Part shown: one piece after another, positions 38,633-51,200 of the stretch
How positions within the stretch are numbered: position 1 is the stretch's first letter
How the letters are laid out: each line of letters starts with the position of its first letter
Source of the DNA: Trichosphaerium sp. ATCC 40318
Taxonomy: Eukaryota; Protista; Tubulinea
Direction: 5' to 3'
Length of the DNA stretch: 64,000 nt
NCBI GenBank assembly: GCA_038496445.1
Contig: JALMLS010000208.1
Location: 62,001-126,000, forward strand
Notes under the pieces: model-generated
Told to the model about the DNA's origin: nothing
Seen by the model: the letters and a program-made list of their open reading frames with translations, nothing else
Databases searched by the model: none
Position numbers and translations under genes: made by a program

Positions 38633-40935
38633 TTAACAACCTAAATAATGCAGCAGCTTCTCGGATCCTATTTTGAAAAAAAAAATAAGAAAAAAATAAG
38701 ATAAATCTGCAACAAAAAAAAAAAAGCATAAGCAGCGATCTCTCGATGTCACATGTGAATCATAGATCTGTATATCAAGATATGATTCAAAGGATAATAA
38801 AACCCATTTGAGGGGTAAAAAATAACGTACTTTGAGTGACCTACACAAAACGCTTCAAGTTCTGCAAAAAGATCCTTGACGTCTATACTTCCATTTCTTA
38901 TAAGTGATTGCAAAAAAATACATACAAGGCGAACAAGCCTATGTTGCATAAATCTATCATTTACGTTTTGGCATGAAGCAACACAACCAGAGATGTACAA
39001 GTGAAGAAATTCACGTGGAAGGTCTAGAGAGCAAGTAAGAAATCTGAAGTTTTTGGTGGTTGCCAAGTTCCAAAAAATAAGAAAAAAAAGAGAAAAAAAG
39101 AAATAGACTGTACCAACTGTTGTTGTTAACTTATTCACAACTTCCATTGAATGTAAAGTATGCTCCATATTGATTAATTGTGTAAAACAACTATAAATCA
39201 AGGAGTAAGAGTTAAAACCAATAAAGGAATCTAACTTTTGATTATGACGTACTCTGCAATTTGAGGTGATTTAAAAAGCTTTAAGAGAACTTCCACAGCG
39301 ATATCAGGATTACTCTCAACTAATGAAGGGAGTTTAGCAGGCTTGAAACCGCATTCAAAAACAAGATCATCTTGTTGAGTAATCGCCCGTAAAACTTCCT
39401 GTAGACAAGTTAAAAGACAAAGCAAGAACAAGTGTCAAAAAATAGATGGTAAGGGAAGAAAAAAGTCAAACAACAAAGTGACCACCAGTGGCGATTTTTT
39501 TCAACAATTTAAACACTAGTGTACTGAAAGCATATCCAAAAATATTGTACTCATTGATGAGGAGTAACAAATCTTTTTGTAGCGAAGGGAATACGCCAAA
39601 GAAGAAAAAAATATTAAAAAAAGAACTGTGGCAAGTTACCTTCTTATCATTCGGCTTTAAAGGAGAATTAAAAGACGTCTTAACCATTTCTTGAATACGC
39701 TGATTCTTAGACCAAGATATGGTATCAGTATAATCCCATAAAACTTCAGGAACAAAACCTCCAGGCACAATCCATTTACCCTTTTTTTGAAGAAAAATAA
39801 ATAAATAAACACTTGACTATAATGAGCGCTTATCGCTCATTTCGTATATTTCTACTATGTAGAACGTACTTCGGGAATAGTTGATTCAAAACGAACAAGC
39901 GGTGGCCGTACAAACGCTGGTTCAAACCTGTCATAAACGCCAAATTCGATACCATTAAGCCTAATACAAATTTAAGTAAGACAACCAAAAAAAAAAACTC
40001 TTTCTTTCAAGAATTCTTTTAAAACAGAACCAAGTTCGTTCTCATAGCACCCAGAAAGCGTTTAATATATTGTAGTACATATAACAGGAAAAAAGAATTC
40101 TCAACAATCCAATTAAAGGCCAGAATTCTTCAAAAAACAAAAAACTTACTTTGAAGGCCAATGAAGAAAAAAAAGTTTTGGTTTGTCGACGTGTACCTGT
40201 TTTCTATAGTGCAATCGCTGCCCGGTACATGTATCATATTACGCAAAGAGTGATTAAGGAAAGGATTGGGATGTTCGGGTATACGTCGGCGATGCTCGTT
40301 AAACATATGAGCTGTGTCTGTTAATGCGTTAGAATAGCGCGTATTGGCAGTAGGAGTATTTACCTGGCATTGAAGATGCCTTTGTGTCATCCTTATCATC
40401 TATTAGCGATGATATTGTCTTTTCGCTTACCTGAAGGCATACTATTAGCGATTGAATAGCAATTTGAAATAAATAAATATAAAATGGCACTTGAAGCATC
40501 GAAAATGGTTTCTAAAGTAACAAGTAGCTATAACAGCGATTTCTGGCTACAAATGGTTTTCTCTTGTGAGTAAAATCCAATACATGCGCAAATGCGTACT
40601 TTATTAGAGTCATCACCTAAGATACCAATAATGAAGTTCTTTTCGTAGGTTTGAGTTTGTTCGCCGCTAAGGAGCTCCAAAAATAATGGGAGGAACGGAT
40701 TTGCTAAAATATCTCCATTGTGCGAGTCATAGAGTATGTATAGTGCCGGAATTCTTTGTTCGATTGATAATAGATTATCCTGCACTAATGTGTAAAGTAC
40801 AGTACATAAATCGAACTGAGATGCATCAGGAAATGCACTGCGAAAAGCAGCGCAACATTGATCCAGTGTTCTCGTAGAATCGCTGATAATGTCAACAATC
40901 GCTGTCAACTGCTTCATAGACGTTTGATAAGCCAT
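38633..40935 (-). CDS. CNOT11: CCR4-NOT complex subunit 11
   Basis: ANPFLPLF; FEPAFVRPP; [17 protein letters not shown]; [10 protein letters not shown]; [13 protein letters not shown]...[16 protein letters not shown]...ELEAFC. Confidence 0.9.
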
Positions 40936-41056
40936 GACAGATTACATAAACGCCAATACTTCAGTGACACGGAAAATTTCTGTCCATCAACGACCAAACG
41001 TTGACTCAACAAAATTTTTCTTTCGCGATACAAAAAAAAAACTGTTACAAACTTTT

Positions 41057-41999
41057 TTACTTCTTATCTTCTGTTACTTTACGAGTGATCTCTCTATCTT
41101 TGTACATACGCGGTAACATATCAATAGGTTTCCACACCTTTTTCAACTGTTCCAAGTCCTCTGTTGTTTGGTATTTGCCTCCTTTGTCATAAGATCTGTC
41201 AACAATACCTTCTGTTTCAAAGAAAACAATCTGAGCAATACGTCTACCAACTACAAGAGGGATAGAGTAGTATCGCGAGTTATTTGTTATTTCCATCGTC
41301 CATCTATTACAATACCCAACATCACCCCAGCCAGCGCACTTGCAGACCTAAAGAAACTTTAAAAAAACACTTGAAAAATGTCATCACAGAAAATTAGTTT
41401 TAGGAACCAGGAAGTCTTGCGTGCCTCAATGAAATTACGTCCTAAGCTTGATCTTGCCTTCATCATTGTTGTGACGGATACGCGACCACCAATAAACTCT
41501 TGAGTGTGGCCCAAGATTGTCTGGAGGTGGTTTTAGTTTCAATTGTGAAAAAAAAAACTGTCTGCCTTTTTTTTTTGTAACACCAACAACGTAATTCATA
41601 GGTACCTCTCCAGGACGTATCCAAATAATTTTTTCATCAGGTGACACGTTTGTTAACGTTTGTTGATTACGTTCTATCCACGCTTTGTGTTCCTCCGCCT
41701 CTATAGGCTCTCCCCACACTCTGTGTACCATTTTCTCGCTGTAAGGATTATAAATTCCCATGCCTGGTTCTGGCGCCGCCTCACGAAAGAAATATGATCC
41801 TAGCGTGACGTCGTATGATGTGGTGCTGCGCGGCAAATATTAACCGTTGCTTTTAAAATTAACTTTGTTTGTACCTCAAGTTTACGCGCGTAAATGGTGA
41901 TATTACAATCTTGCCCATGTCCATATAGCGTAGAATCGCTTTGTCAGACAAAAGGCTGTGTTTTGAATCGGAATCTTTGGTAGTTACGCTGGTCGACAT
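41057..41999 (-). CDS. dcd: dCTP deaminase (trimeric dUTPase superfamily), 4 exons
   Basis: LLSDKAI, SYDVTLG, ARSSLGR, AGWGDVGY..RWTMEI, RIAQIVF, Y...GKYQ. Third intron is GC-AG (41348-41424). Confidence 0.9.
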
Positions 42000-42150
42000 A
42001 TTTGTTCACGTATTTACACTAACGAGGTTATAGTTTACTATTGTAGCGTAGTAGTGAATTTTCAGCCAAAATCTGAGCGACCGCTTTTGACTTTTAGCCG
42101 AGACATCGCTAACCTTTTTTCCTGTGCGCATCATTTCTCACTAACCACAG

Positions 42151-42958
42151 ATGTCCTTTTTGCCATTAGATCGTCAGGTACCTAATTTACGCCCCAAATG
42201 CGTTCTGAAACTAAAACTCTCTCAAGCTCAGTAAATCGTACCAAAAACAAGATAATTTGTACATCCCAAACAGATTGCGTAACCGCGCAAGAATTACAAA
42301 GGGTTTCAAGGTACTGAAACAGATCCTCTCGAGTTTTTCTCAATTGCCTCTCTAGGGCAAGAAACGTGAGACTCTCCTTGGCAACCGCAACTGCAGACTT
42401 CGTACATTCAAACAAATTGGATTGGGTTTCGCTACACCAGAGACAGCCAAAACTGGTGATTTCGTTGACAGAAAGTGCCCATGGACTGGTGATCGCGTTT
42501 CTATTCGCGGTAAGATCATTCGTGGTGTTGTATTGTCCGCTGGCGCTATGACCAACACTATTGTAATTCGTCGTAATTACTTGCAATACGTTCCAAAGTA
42601 CAACAGATTCGAAAAGCGTCACAAGAACGTCTCTGCTCACTGCTCCCCAGCATTTTTGGGTATCAAAGAAGGTGATATTGTCACTATTGGCGAGTGCAGG
42701 TACGCTTTAGTATAAGATTAATCGATAAAAACGCGTTGTAGCGACGAAATGTTTTTTTAATTGAATTTTTTTGATACAATTACGTTTTGTTCGCCTTTGC
42801 GCAATGCTGTATCTGTTATTTTATTATTTACGTTATTTGTACGTTTATTTACTTTTTGTTCTAGACCTTTGTCTAAGACTGTCATGTTCAACGTAATTGA
42901 CCACAAGGTCATGGCTCCATCTGCACAAAAAGTCCGCAAAGTATTCCGTATCTACTAA
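42151..42958 (+). CDS. RPS11: 40S ribosomal protein S11 (uS17), 4 coding exons
   Basis: [63 protein letters not shown]|[10 protein letters not shown]. Confidence 0.97.
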
Positions 42959-43489
42959 GAGCGTTTTTATTGTGAATAAAAAAACCAAAAATTTAGAAAG
43001 AAGAACTGAAACCGACCTAATTTGTACAAATAGAAGCGCTTCACAAATAACACGCTGTTTGTAACTTGTATTTTTTTGTCTCTTTTGTCACATTTCTCAA
43101 AAAAAAAAAACTTTTTTGTCGTGTCAAGGTGAAATGAAGTCTTTTTCATCGAAGCAAGTGATCACCAAGACATTGCGTTTCTTTTTTTTCAGGCATCTCA
43201 ATCTAAAAAAATTACCGCCTTCGCCTACGTTTGTTTCGTCCAGCGACAGTGTAAAAAGTTCTGCTACGCATAAGGGATTTATTGTACAACAGATAGAGCC
43301 TGTTTAGCGATAGCTGAAATGAATACCCAGACAATTTGTTTTTTTTGAGCGTGTTTGAGGGCGATGACGCCGTAAGGATCGTTATTTACAGAGAATTGTT
43401 GAGTTTCGTGTAGCCGTTGATGTTAAGTTCAGTTTGTGGTTTGTGTCTGTACTGGCCTCTTAATCAATAGAGAATACAGTTCTTTGTGT

Positions 43490-43876
43490 TTATGGCGATA
43501 GTTTCCTGACCTTTTTACTTGCCACCATTGTTGCGTATCGTAGTGCCCTACCGAACTTATAACGCGCGCCAGACGCTACTCTCTTTGGAGGTCGCTAGGA
43601 GGGTTTTTAGAAAAAATGAGGGTTATAAGCCAGTTATTAGCGTACGCGATATGCAATGCATAATTCAAAGTTATATAGCTGTGATGCGCAAGCAGTTTGC
43701 TTACAATCGTTTTTTGCCATACATTCTAACACTGACTGCCATAAATGCGTACAAGGATCAGCCTCCAAGTGACGAAAACGAGGCCGGGCCCTTGTGTAGC
43801 GTGGAGCCAGTGGAGGTCGCTCCAGACCGATATCACGGTACTGCATAAGCTGTTCGATATCATTACCGTCGTCCAT
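43490..43876 (-). CDS. Twin-CX9C (CHCH) protein, probable mitochondrial ribosomal protein mS37 (MRP10/CHCHD1-like), 2 exons
   Basis: RPPLAPR...C-THLWQSVLE-C-x10-C-ASQLYNFEL-C; phase-0 intron gtacgc...ctag; basic second exon ending RKLSP*. Confidence 0.75.
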
Positions 43877-43955
43877 TGTTGCTAGAGAAGCTTTGTGAAG
43901 CTAGAATGACTCAAAACGACTTTTTCTGCCTTGACTTTTTTGTAGTTACTCACAA

Positions 43956-44864
43956 ATGGCAAACCCACTCGCAAACCTTGGCAAGAACGATGACGAAAAG
44001 AAGAAAAAAACTAAACTAAGTAAAGCCCTTGAGGTAAGTTGCCAGCATTCGGACTGGTCGTTGTACCAAGCGCACGAACAGTAGCTTAGTCGTTGTTTTA
44101 GCCGTACGAAGACCTTGGTCGTGATGAAGGAACTTACAAATGGACACAACTCCATGAAGAGTTGACCGTTAACATTACCTTTCCTCCTGGAACACGAGGC
44201 AGAGATTTGACTGTAGTTATGACATGCTACAAGTTAAAAGTCGGTTTAAAGGTACCAAAACCCTTTCTTAGACGTTATATAAACTAACAGAGCGCTTTAT
44301 TGATTAAAACAATTAATTGGTGTTATTCTTAACAATCAGTTTTTACCGCTCTCACCGCTAACTCTGATACCATAGGGCCAAGATCCTGTTATTGATGGGG
44401 AATTATTGTATCCTATAAACGTTGATGATAGTATTTGGGCCATCGCTGAAGGCGAGGTACGTACGAGTATCGCTCTTAGAGTGTTTTACAAAAAAAACAA
44501 GGTGTTGGCCGTTTACTGTACCAACAAATTACTTGTATAGCGTACTTACTCGCGTTTCAGGTTGAATTCACTCTACAGAAGACAGTTGTCGGCGAAATGT
44601 GGTGGAAGTCGCTTTTGAAGGGTCAAGCAGAAATTGATACATCTCTTATTGATGCTAGCCAATATCTGGATGATTCCCTCATCAAGTACGTGCCTTGTTT
44701 GTAGATTTTCTCTGAGAACGTTTTTTTCTTCTTTTGACAACTCTTGTGTTCCGCTGTGCACTGTGCTTATAATATCTAGGCGTATTAAAAACGAGAAAAA
44801 GGCGAAAGCAGCAGAAGAAGCGAGGAAAAAGGCGGCTGATGAAGCTGCTGCTACAGATGCTTAG
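43956..44864 (+). CDS. NudC-family CS-domain co-chaperone, 5 exons
   Basis: YKWTQLHEELTVNITFPPGTRGRDL...LKVGLK|GQDPVIDGELLYPINVDDSIW...LQK...WWKSLLKGQAEIDT. Confidence 0.88.
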
Positions 44865-46789
44865 AGTAGTTTTAAGTGTAGTATACGCTCTAAACAGTGT
44901 CGACAACTTACCCATTGGCTTAACTTTTGCCTGTACATTTAACAAAAGAGATACAATTGTTTTTTCTTACAATGAAATAAAAAATTCTGCCGAAAGTGGC
45001 GAGATATAATATTGATTTTCTGAATACCCAATCTTTTTTATTGAGTTACAACTGAAAACTGCAATACTTTACAATACCAGAAAAGTCGTATTTCGACTGA
45101 AATATACATGAAATACGCACATAAGAACGTCGGAGATATTAAAGCGAATTTTGCTGAGTTATACTAAATTTACAAAATAAATTAGCGGAAAAATAGTATT
45201 ACTCGTTTAGATGCACATGTCTCGATCCAAAACATTACCGAAACCGTTCTCACACCCACAAATAACATCTACAACGGTCAATGGGCGTTTGTAAATGTGC
45301 ATTATCCAAAATCGAGTAAAAAAGATGGAGTTTTCTGTGAAGTGATTCCCACAATTTATTTTTTTCATGTTTGTACGTGTATAAAAGGATTACTGATTGT
45401 TCTTCTACCATTCAGCGCCTGGTCACCGCCACACTAAAAGCTGTCTTTCGTACTACAATTACGACTGTAGCAGGCAGTCCCGATTTGACCTCGGGGCGGG
45501 GTCACGTAGTGTTGCTACCTTGTTAGGGTATTAAGATCGGTCCAACAACATATAATTCCGATCGCAGCACCGTTGTTGCATATGTAAAAATTGCGTGGCT
45601 CGACGTGAGGGACACTTCCGTAACACAGGAGTATTTATATTGGCATCCTTCCTTTTGAATAACTTATTTGACATAATTTTTTTGCAACGAAAAATGAAGT
45701 GTACACAACTATGAAAAGGATTCTTAATACCAGTATCGTTGTATATCAATATCTAACAGAGATATTACAAGGATATACCATAGTGTAGTGACACACAGGA
45801 GGTATTTATTGTATAGCATTGTGGCAATGATCAGCCGGAGTACCCTTGCTTTTTGCTTTTTTTAGTTCAAGAATCGACATTGGCGCTAGGTAATATGGGG
45901 ATCATCTCAGTACCTGTCTTATTTACATATAGTAACCATAATCTATATTTATATCATCGGACACTAAGCGTAGTTGAGAATATATTTTGTGGTGCTTGGG
46001 TATGTTGACCTCTTTTTCTTCTTTCAATTTTTTTTCTTCTAATCCGCTCGTGTGGCTGCGCTAGAGCCACCAAAGACTGAGCGTCTTTCCTCCCAAAGCG
46101 GGTATCCCTTATATATTGAAAATGTTGTCCAATCTAACATGTTGTAAGTATTCCCACGCTCCTTGAAGCTTCACGCACTATTCTTTTCCTATCAAATACC
46201 ATATCAATGGAAGCAATTTAAAATGTATACACGCGGTTGTTATCAAGGTTAAACTTTAAGTACCTCAGTGTTATCATTGCTCTTGCTGAGGTTTGTTGAT
46301 AAGATACTTTCTGAGCGGGGAATGTAAGCACCGTCTTTTACTATAAACTGCTCGGCTTCCTTCTTTGTATGGATATTTTGGCAAGATGTACCAAGAAGAC
46401 AATAGAAGCGATAAACAGCATAAGGCAGTTTTATTGAATCACATGCGAAGATACAGATATTGGACGTATGAACACTAAACGATTAATTGAGGTAAAGTGT
46501 TTAGTACAGAGTTACAAAAGGCATTACATAAAAGTCAAAAGAACCAGTTGCTTTAATATGCTTCTACTTCTTTTTCGTTTCATCATGAGACTTTGACGGT
46601 TCGCTAATGTGACTGTATGGCCTGAATTAGATGTGTGCACTTGATAGCGTGAAGTTGTAGTGAAGCGCTCTAAGCTTGGTAATGACTTGAGTGTTTGTAA
46701 ACTACTAGCAATCATTTTGAGGTAACCAAAAAGTATAACCAAAGTATTCAAAATGGACTAAGACATTTGTTTATTCTTAAAGAACATGT

Positions 46790-47949
46790 TTAGTCCAAAT
46801 GAGGCAATGGGTTAAAGCAGGCTTCAACAAAAGCATGTCTACCTTGATCAGTTACATTAGTGCCTGTAAGACTAATTGCGTGAACACCAACTAAGTACTG
46901 AACTCCTTTATCACTTATACTTGTGAAGCTAACATCAATCGTATGTACTCCAGCCAATGCCTTCATCCCTTTATCTGTAATGTAACACTCGGATAAATAA
47001 ATTGAATGAACACCAGCTAACGACTTGAGTCCTTCATCTGAAACCTGTGTTTTATGCAGGTTTATAGCATGAACACCTGCTAAAGCTGTGATCCCAACAT
47101 CTGTAACGTTTGTTTGGCATAAGTTTATCGTATGAACACCAGCTAGTGCCCGAATACCGTCATCTGTGATACCTTTACATTTTCTTAAACTTATTGTATG
47201 AACTCCAGCTAATGCCTTAATGCCTTCATCTGTAATACCTTGACAGAAAGAGAGATTGATTTTATGAACGCCAGCTAGAGCCTTAATACCATCATCTTTC
47301 ACTTGCTGACAATCACCTAGATAAATTGTATGGACGCCTGCAAGTGCCTTAATGCTATCATTAGTAACAGTATGACACTCTGTTAAATTGATTGTATGAA
47401 TGCCTGCTAATGCCTCAACATTTGAAATATTTGTGTTGTGGGAAAGATCAATTGTATGAACACTAGATAATTGTAAAAAAGCCTTTAGACCTTCATTGTT
47501 AACATAAGTGCCTGATAACTGTATTGTTTTTACTCCAGACAGATGTTTGAGATGATCATAAGTAACATAACTAAATCTCTGATGAAAGTCAATTTTCTCA
47601 ACACGTTTAAAAGCTTTAAAATCAGATGGTTTCAGTGTTGATATGCCACATTCAAATCTGAGGCCATATGCTCTTCTGAGGTACTTTAAATGTTGACGTT
47701 TGATATAAAATTTAATGGATATAGTGTTTGTTTTGATGAGATGTGGCATTGTTTTGAATAGTTTTTTGAGTTTTTTGATTCGATTACAATAACTCTTCTG
47801 TTTTCATATCCCACGTGTTGTATTGCGATCGTTTTTAATAGTTTTGATGTACGTACTACGCAATGCATAGATAGAGGCGAAACGAATTGTAAAATAGTGA
47901 CAATAACTTCAACAGGGATATCATCAAAGAATGCGCTCTTTGAGTTCAT
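46790..47949 (-). CDS. Intronless F-box + cysteine-containing LRR protein, with one frameshift in an A-homopolymer near 47760-47780
   Basis: FDDIPVEVIVTILQFV (F-box); about 10 repeats of LAGVHTINLxxCxxITDxGIKA. Collinear with the intact paralog at 57787 once the frameshift is bridged. Confidence 0.85.
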
Positions 47950-48289
47950 CGCCAGTTATTTTGGATAATAGAATGTTGATATTATGGGTAACGTATAAAC
48001 CAGAGACAAGCACTAACATGATATTAGCTGTGCTGTGACTTGATATTTGTTGAGGTAACAAAAGTACCTTTTTATGATCTTGGATTGTATAAACCAAAGA
48101 TGAGCACTAATGTGAAATCATTAAGATGTGTTGTGACTGTAGTTGACTTGACGTTTTTATACTTAAAGTCTATCCTTGTTAGATTGTGTAGTTTGACAGC
48201 CTTTAAGCTTGGTGTTCTTAAATAGCCATTGTAAAGAGTTTGGTGTGGCTCTTAAAACGTCTTCTAGAGGTATTGAACCGGTGGTCATC

Positions 48290-51200
48290 GTCTCTTCTCC
48301 ATGCCAACTAAGAAAAATGAAGCCGTCTGAATTGTAAGCTTTACCATTGATTTAAGAAGTGCAGGTAATGTCGACTTGTATTTTGGGGTTATGTGGGCAC
48401 AAAGGTACCTTACACACAAAGAAGTGTTATCATAGCGATCCCCTTTCTTTAAAATATTATAGAATGCCATTCTTTACATACAATACAAGAAATAGAACAA
48501 TGGGAGGAGATGGCAGAAATACCGGTCCGAACCATTTAACGGTTGAAAATACAAGAAACACAACTTCCGTCCTGTTGGCTTTGTTGCTCTGCAATCACCA
48601 AAGCTTACCAACACCGCTGATCACATGGTAGATGATATATTAATTAGACTTCCACACGTGTTTAGGTGGACTCATATGCCTGTTGCTACTGTTCTTCAAA
48701 TGATGACAAATGAGTTTGTATACATGGGCAATGGTTCGTCTTGATACTGGTACTTCGAGCCTCAAGAGTATACTATAGAAGTAATCAATTCACAGTTTAA
48801 AACTTCAATTTTAAACGTTTATTCTTGTTTCTTTTTCTAATTACAAATCATTCTCCCTCAACAGTAGATGAAAGCCGTTGAATCATTCTCAGCTGGTTGA
48901 CAAGCACCATAAATCAAATCATTATCTTCATCAAATCCAGGACTTCCTGGGCCAATAAAGCGCATCAAATGTTTATCTGTTTCTCTTATATTACTCTGAA
49001 GAGGTGGCACGTGATTTCCTTCATACTTGGTAAGAAAGTGAGTTTTACCAGGAATCTGGAGTCTATTGAATTCATCACTAAACTGATTGTACTCGATGTC
49101 ACTTATATTATACGGCTGAAAAATAGCGAGAGATTGCTTTGACAAAGTATCACATAATTTCGAATGTCCGCCATTCTCCCTAGCCTCCTTGATTATATTT
49201 TGAACCTCTGTTGGGTCGTCAATGACAATAGAGTCATCACCTAAAAAGTTGATTAAAAGCAACAACATACATATTCAAAAGGTTTAAGGTCTCTGGCTCT
49301 ATGATCCAGGGATCAAAGGTGAGATGTATTCTCTCCTCTAATCTGGTATTATAGAGCAACAAAAATGTGTGAATCTACCAAATGCTAAAACCCAAAATTC
49401 ACTAAGTGCCAAACTGTTTGTCTGGCTTTCTGCAAAGAGAAAATTCTTGCTTTTTAAGAATGTAGAGTGCTGACTTTAAATGTTTTCCAAATAACTTAGC
49501 TAGTGGTAAAAGTGGGATTTTAACGGATAGAGCCGGTTAACTGTTTAAGTTTTTGTAGCCAGCTGAGCCGTGCAGCTGATGAAAGTAAACGAAAAGTTTG
49601 TAATCTAATCACTTCAACTTTTTTTTGTTTCTTCTTACCGTTTTCTTTTAAAATAATCAGCATGCCATCCATACCACCTTTTGGCATTGGTAATTTAAAA
49701 TAAGTTGCTTCTAGACAGTCAAAACATCGGTAGAACCTTTGAACAAACATAAACATAATGAAGAAGTGTTATTTCAAGCTCATACGTTGATTGATCATCC
49801 CACTTACGCCAAACATCAGAAGGGTCATTGTGTGGTATGTACTTACCAACAGTTTGGTATTGTAAAGGTAAATCTTTGTCAGGAATGGCTTTGTTCCCAG
49901 TCGCATAGTCATCGTCATTTTCATGCATTTTGAAGCGATAAGGGATTCTAAAACAGGTTTGATTATGAAGAAAAAAATGAGAAAGACATACCCTGAACCA
50001 AGTGGATAGTGTAATTGTGAATTAGGACCTAATTCATAGAAAACATCGTATAGTATCTGTGAGGCATATTGACGGATCACAGATCCATATATGGAGTCTT
50101 TTTTGTACTCGTTAAAGCCACAGCCTTGTAAAATGTTAAAAAGAATCACTCTAAAAAAACTGAGTGCACCGAAGAGCAACCTTGCAAGTGTATAGCTCGT
50201 AGCTAATATCTTTGTTCCTAGCTCATCTGATCTATTATGATAACATACAATAAAATCCTAATATCAGGTATGGTTAGAGAGAAGGGCGAGTGAAATTGAC
50301 TGAATCGTTCAAATGTCTTTATTTTTTTTCGATAAAATCCCACTGAACTACTTTTTCTTCTTTAAGCTTAAAAAAACAAATTTTGGGGATGAAACAAAGG
50401 AATGATTGGTTCACCCAATAAAGTATCGGTTTTGAGTTTGTTGTTATCGTACGATAAACTTTTCCTTGGAAAAATCGTAAACTTTTGCAGCTGCTCCTAA
50501 TCCCATGTAGGTTTGCTTACAAAATAAAGGTATCCCAGTACGTCCAATCAAACAAGTACATAAACCTTGACTGTCATCGTCAAACGGTACTTTCTAAAGC
50601 AACATGAGTACACAAAACAAATGCTCTCGCTAAGCCATCTATAAAAGATAGAAGCAACACTAAAAACTAAGTACAAAGAAAAGTAAAGTTGTTCCTTTCC
50701 CAAAAAATTCTTGGTTAAACCAGCTATGAAATTTTGCTACCGGCTACGCCGGGACGGACCGCTGCAACCTTTACTTTTAACCCCAAAAGCAATAGTATTA
50801 CCTCTCTACCGTTCCACACGTTTATTGTATCTAATGGATAATTCCCAAATGCCCTCCTAAACGTGGTACATTTTTCTATTCCGATACCCAGTTTTAGGCG
50901 ATGAACAATGCGGTTATACCAAGCTCCTTTACCAACAAAAGAAGGATGAACGAATGGAGGTGGAGGAGAAGGAGAAGCTAATAAACCTTAAATTGATAGG
51001 TAAGTGTCAAAACGAGACTTGGTTAAAGCTTTGAGACGAATGCACGTGAAATAAAATTGTTGTAACGTACTTCTTGGTGTTCTGAACTTTTGAGCGTAAA
51101 CACTCTTCCAGTCGATGTATTCAACTGCTATACTATGTATGGTAGTACTAACGCGTAGCATATTCCCTGAGGGAGATAGTTCGCGAATATTAGAGCCTAC

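Noticed and set aside
43120-43175. SECIS or box C/D-like hairpin (GGTGA-AATGA...TGA-TCACC)
   Set aside because: The upper stem is too short for a SECIS, there is no CUGA box D, and no in-frame UGA selenoprotein candidate is adjacent.
43340-43920. Structured ncRNA/snoRNA cluster (GC-richer, repeated TGGAGGTCGCT)
   Set aside because: Explained by the minus-strand two-exon twin-CX9C gene. The repeat corresponds to the coding Arg-Pro-Pro sequence.
47740-47790. Programmed ribosomal frameshift in the F-box-LRR gene
   Set aside because: The shift lies in A-homopolymers and the paralog is continuous, so a sequencing error or simple indel is more parsimonious.
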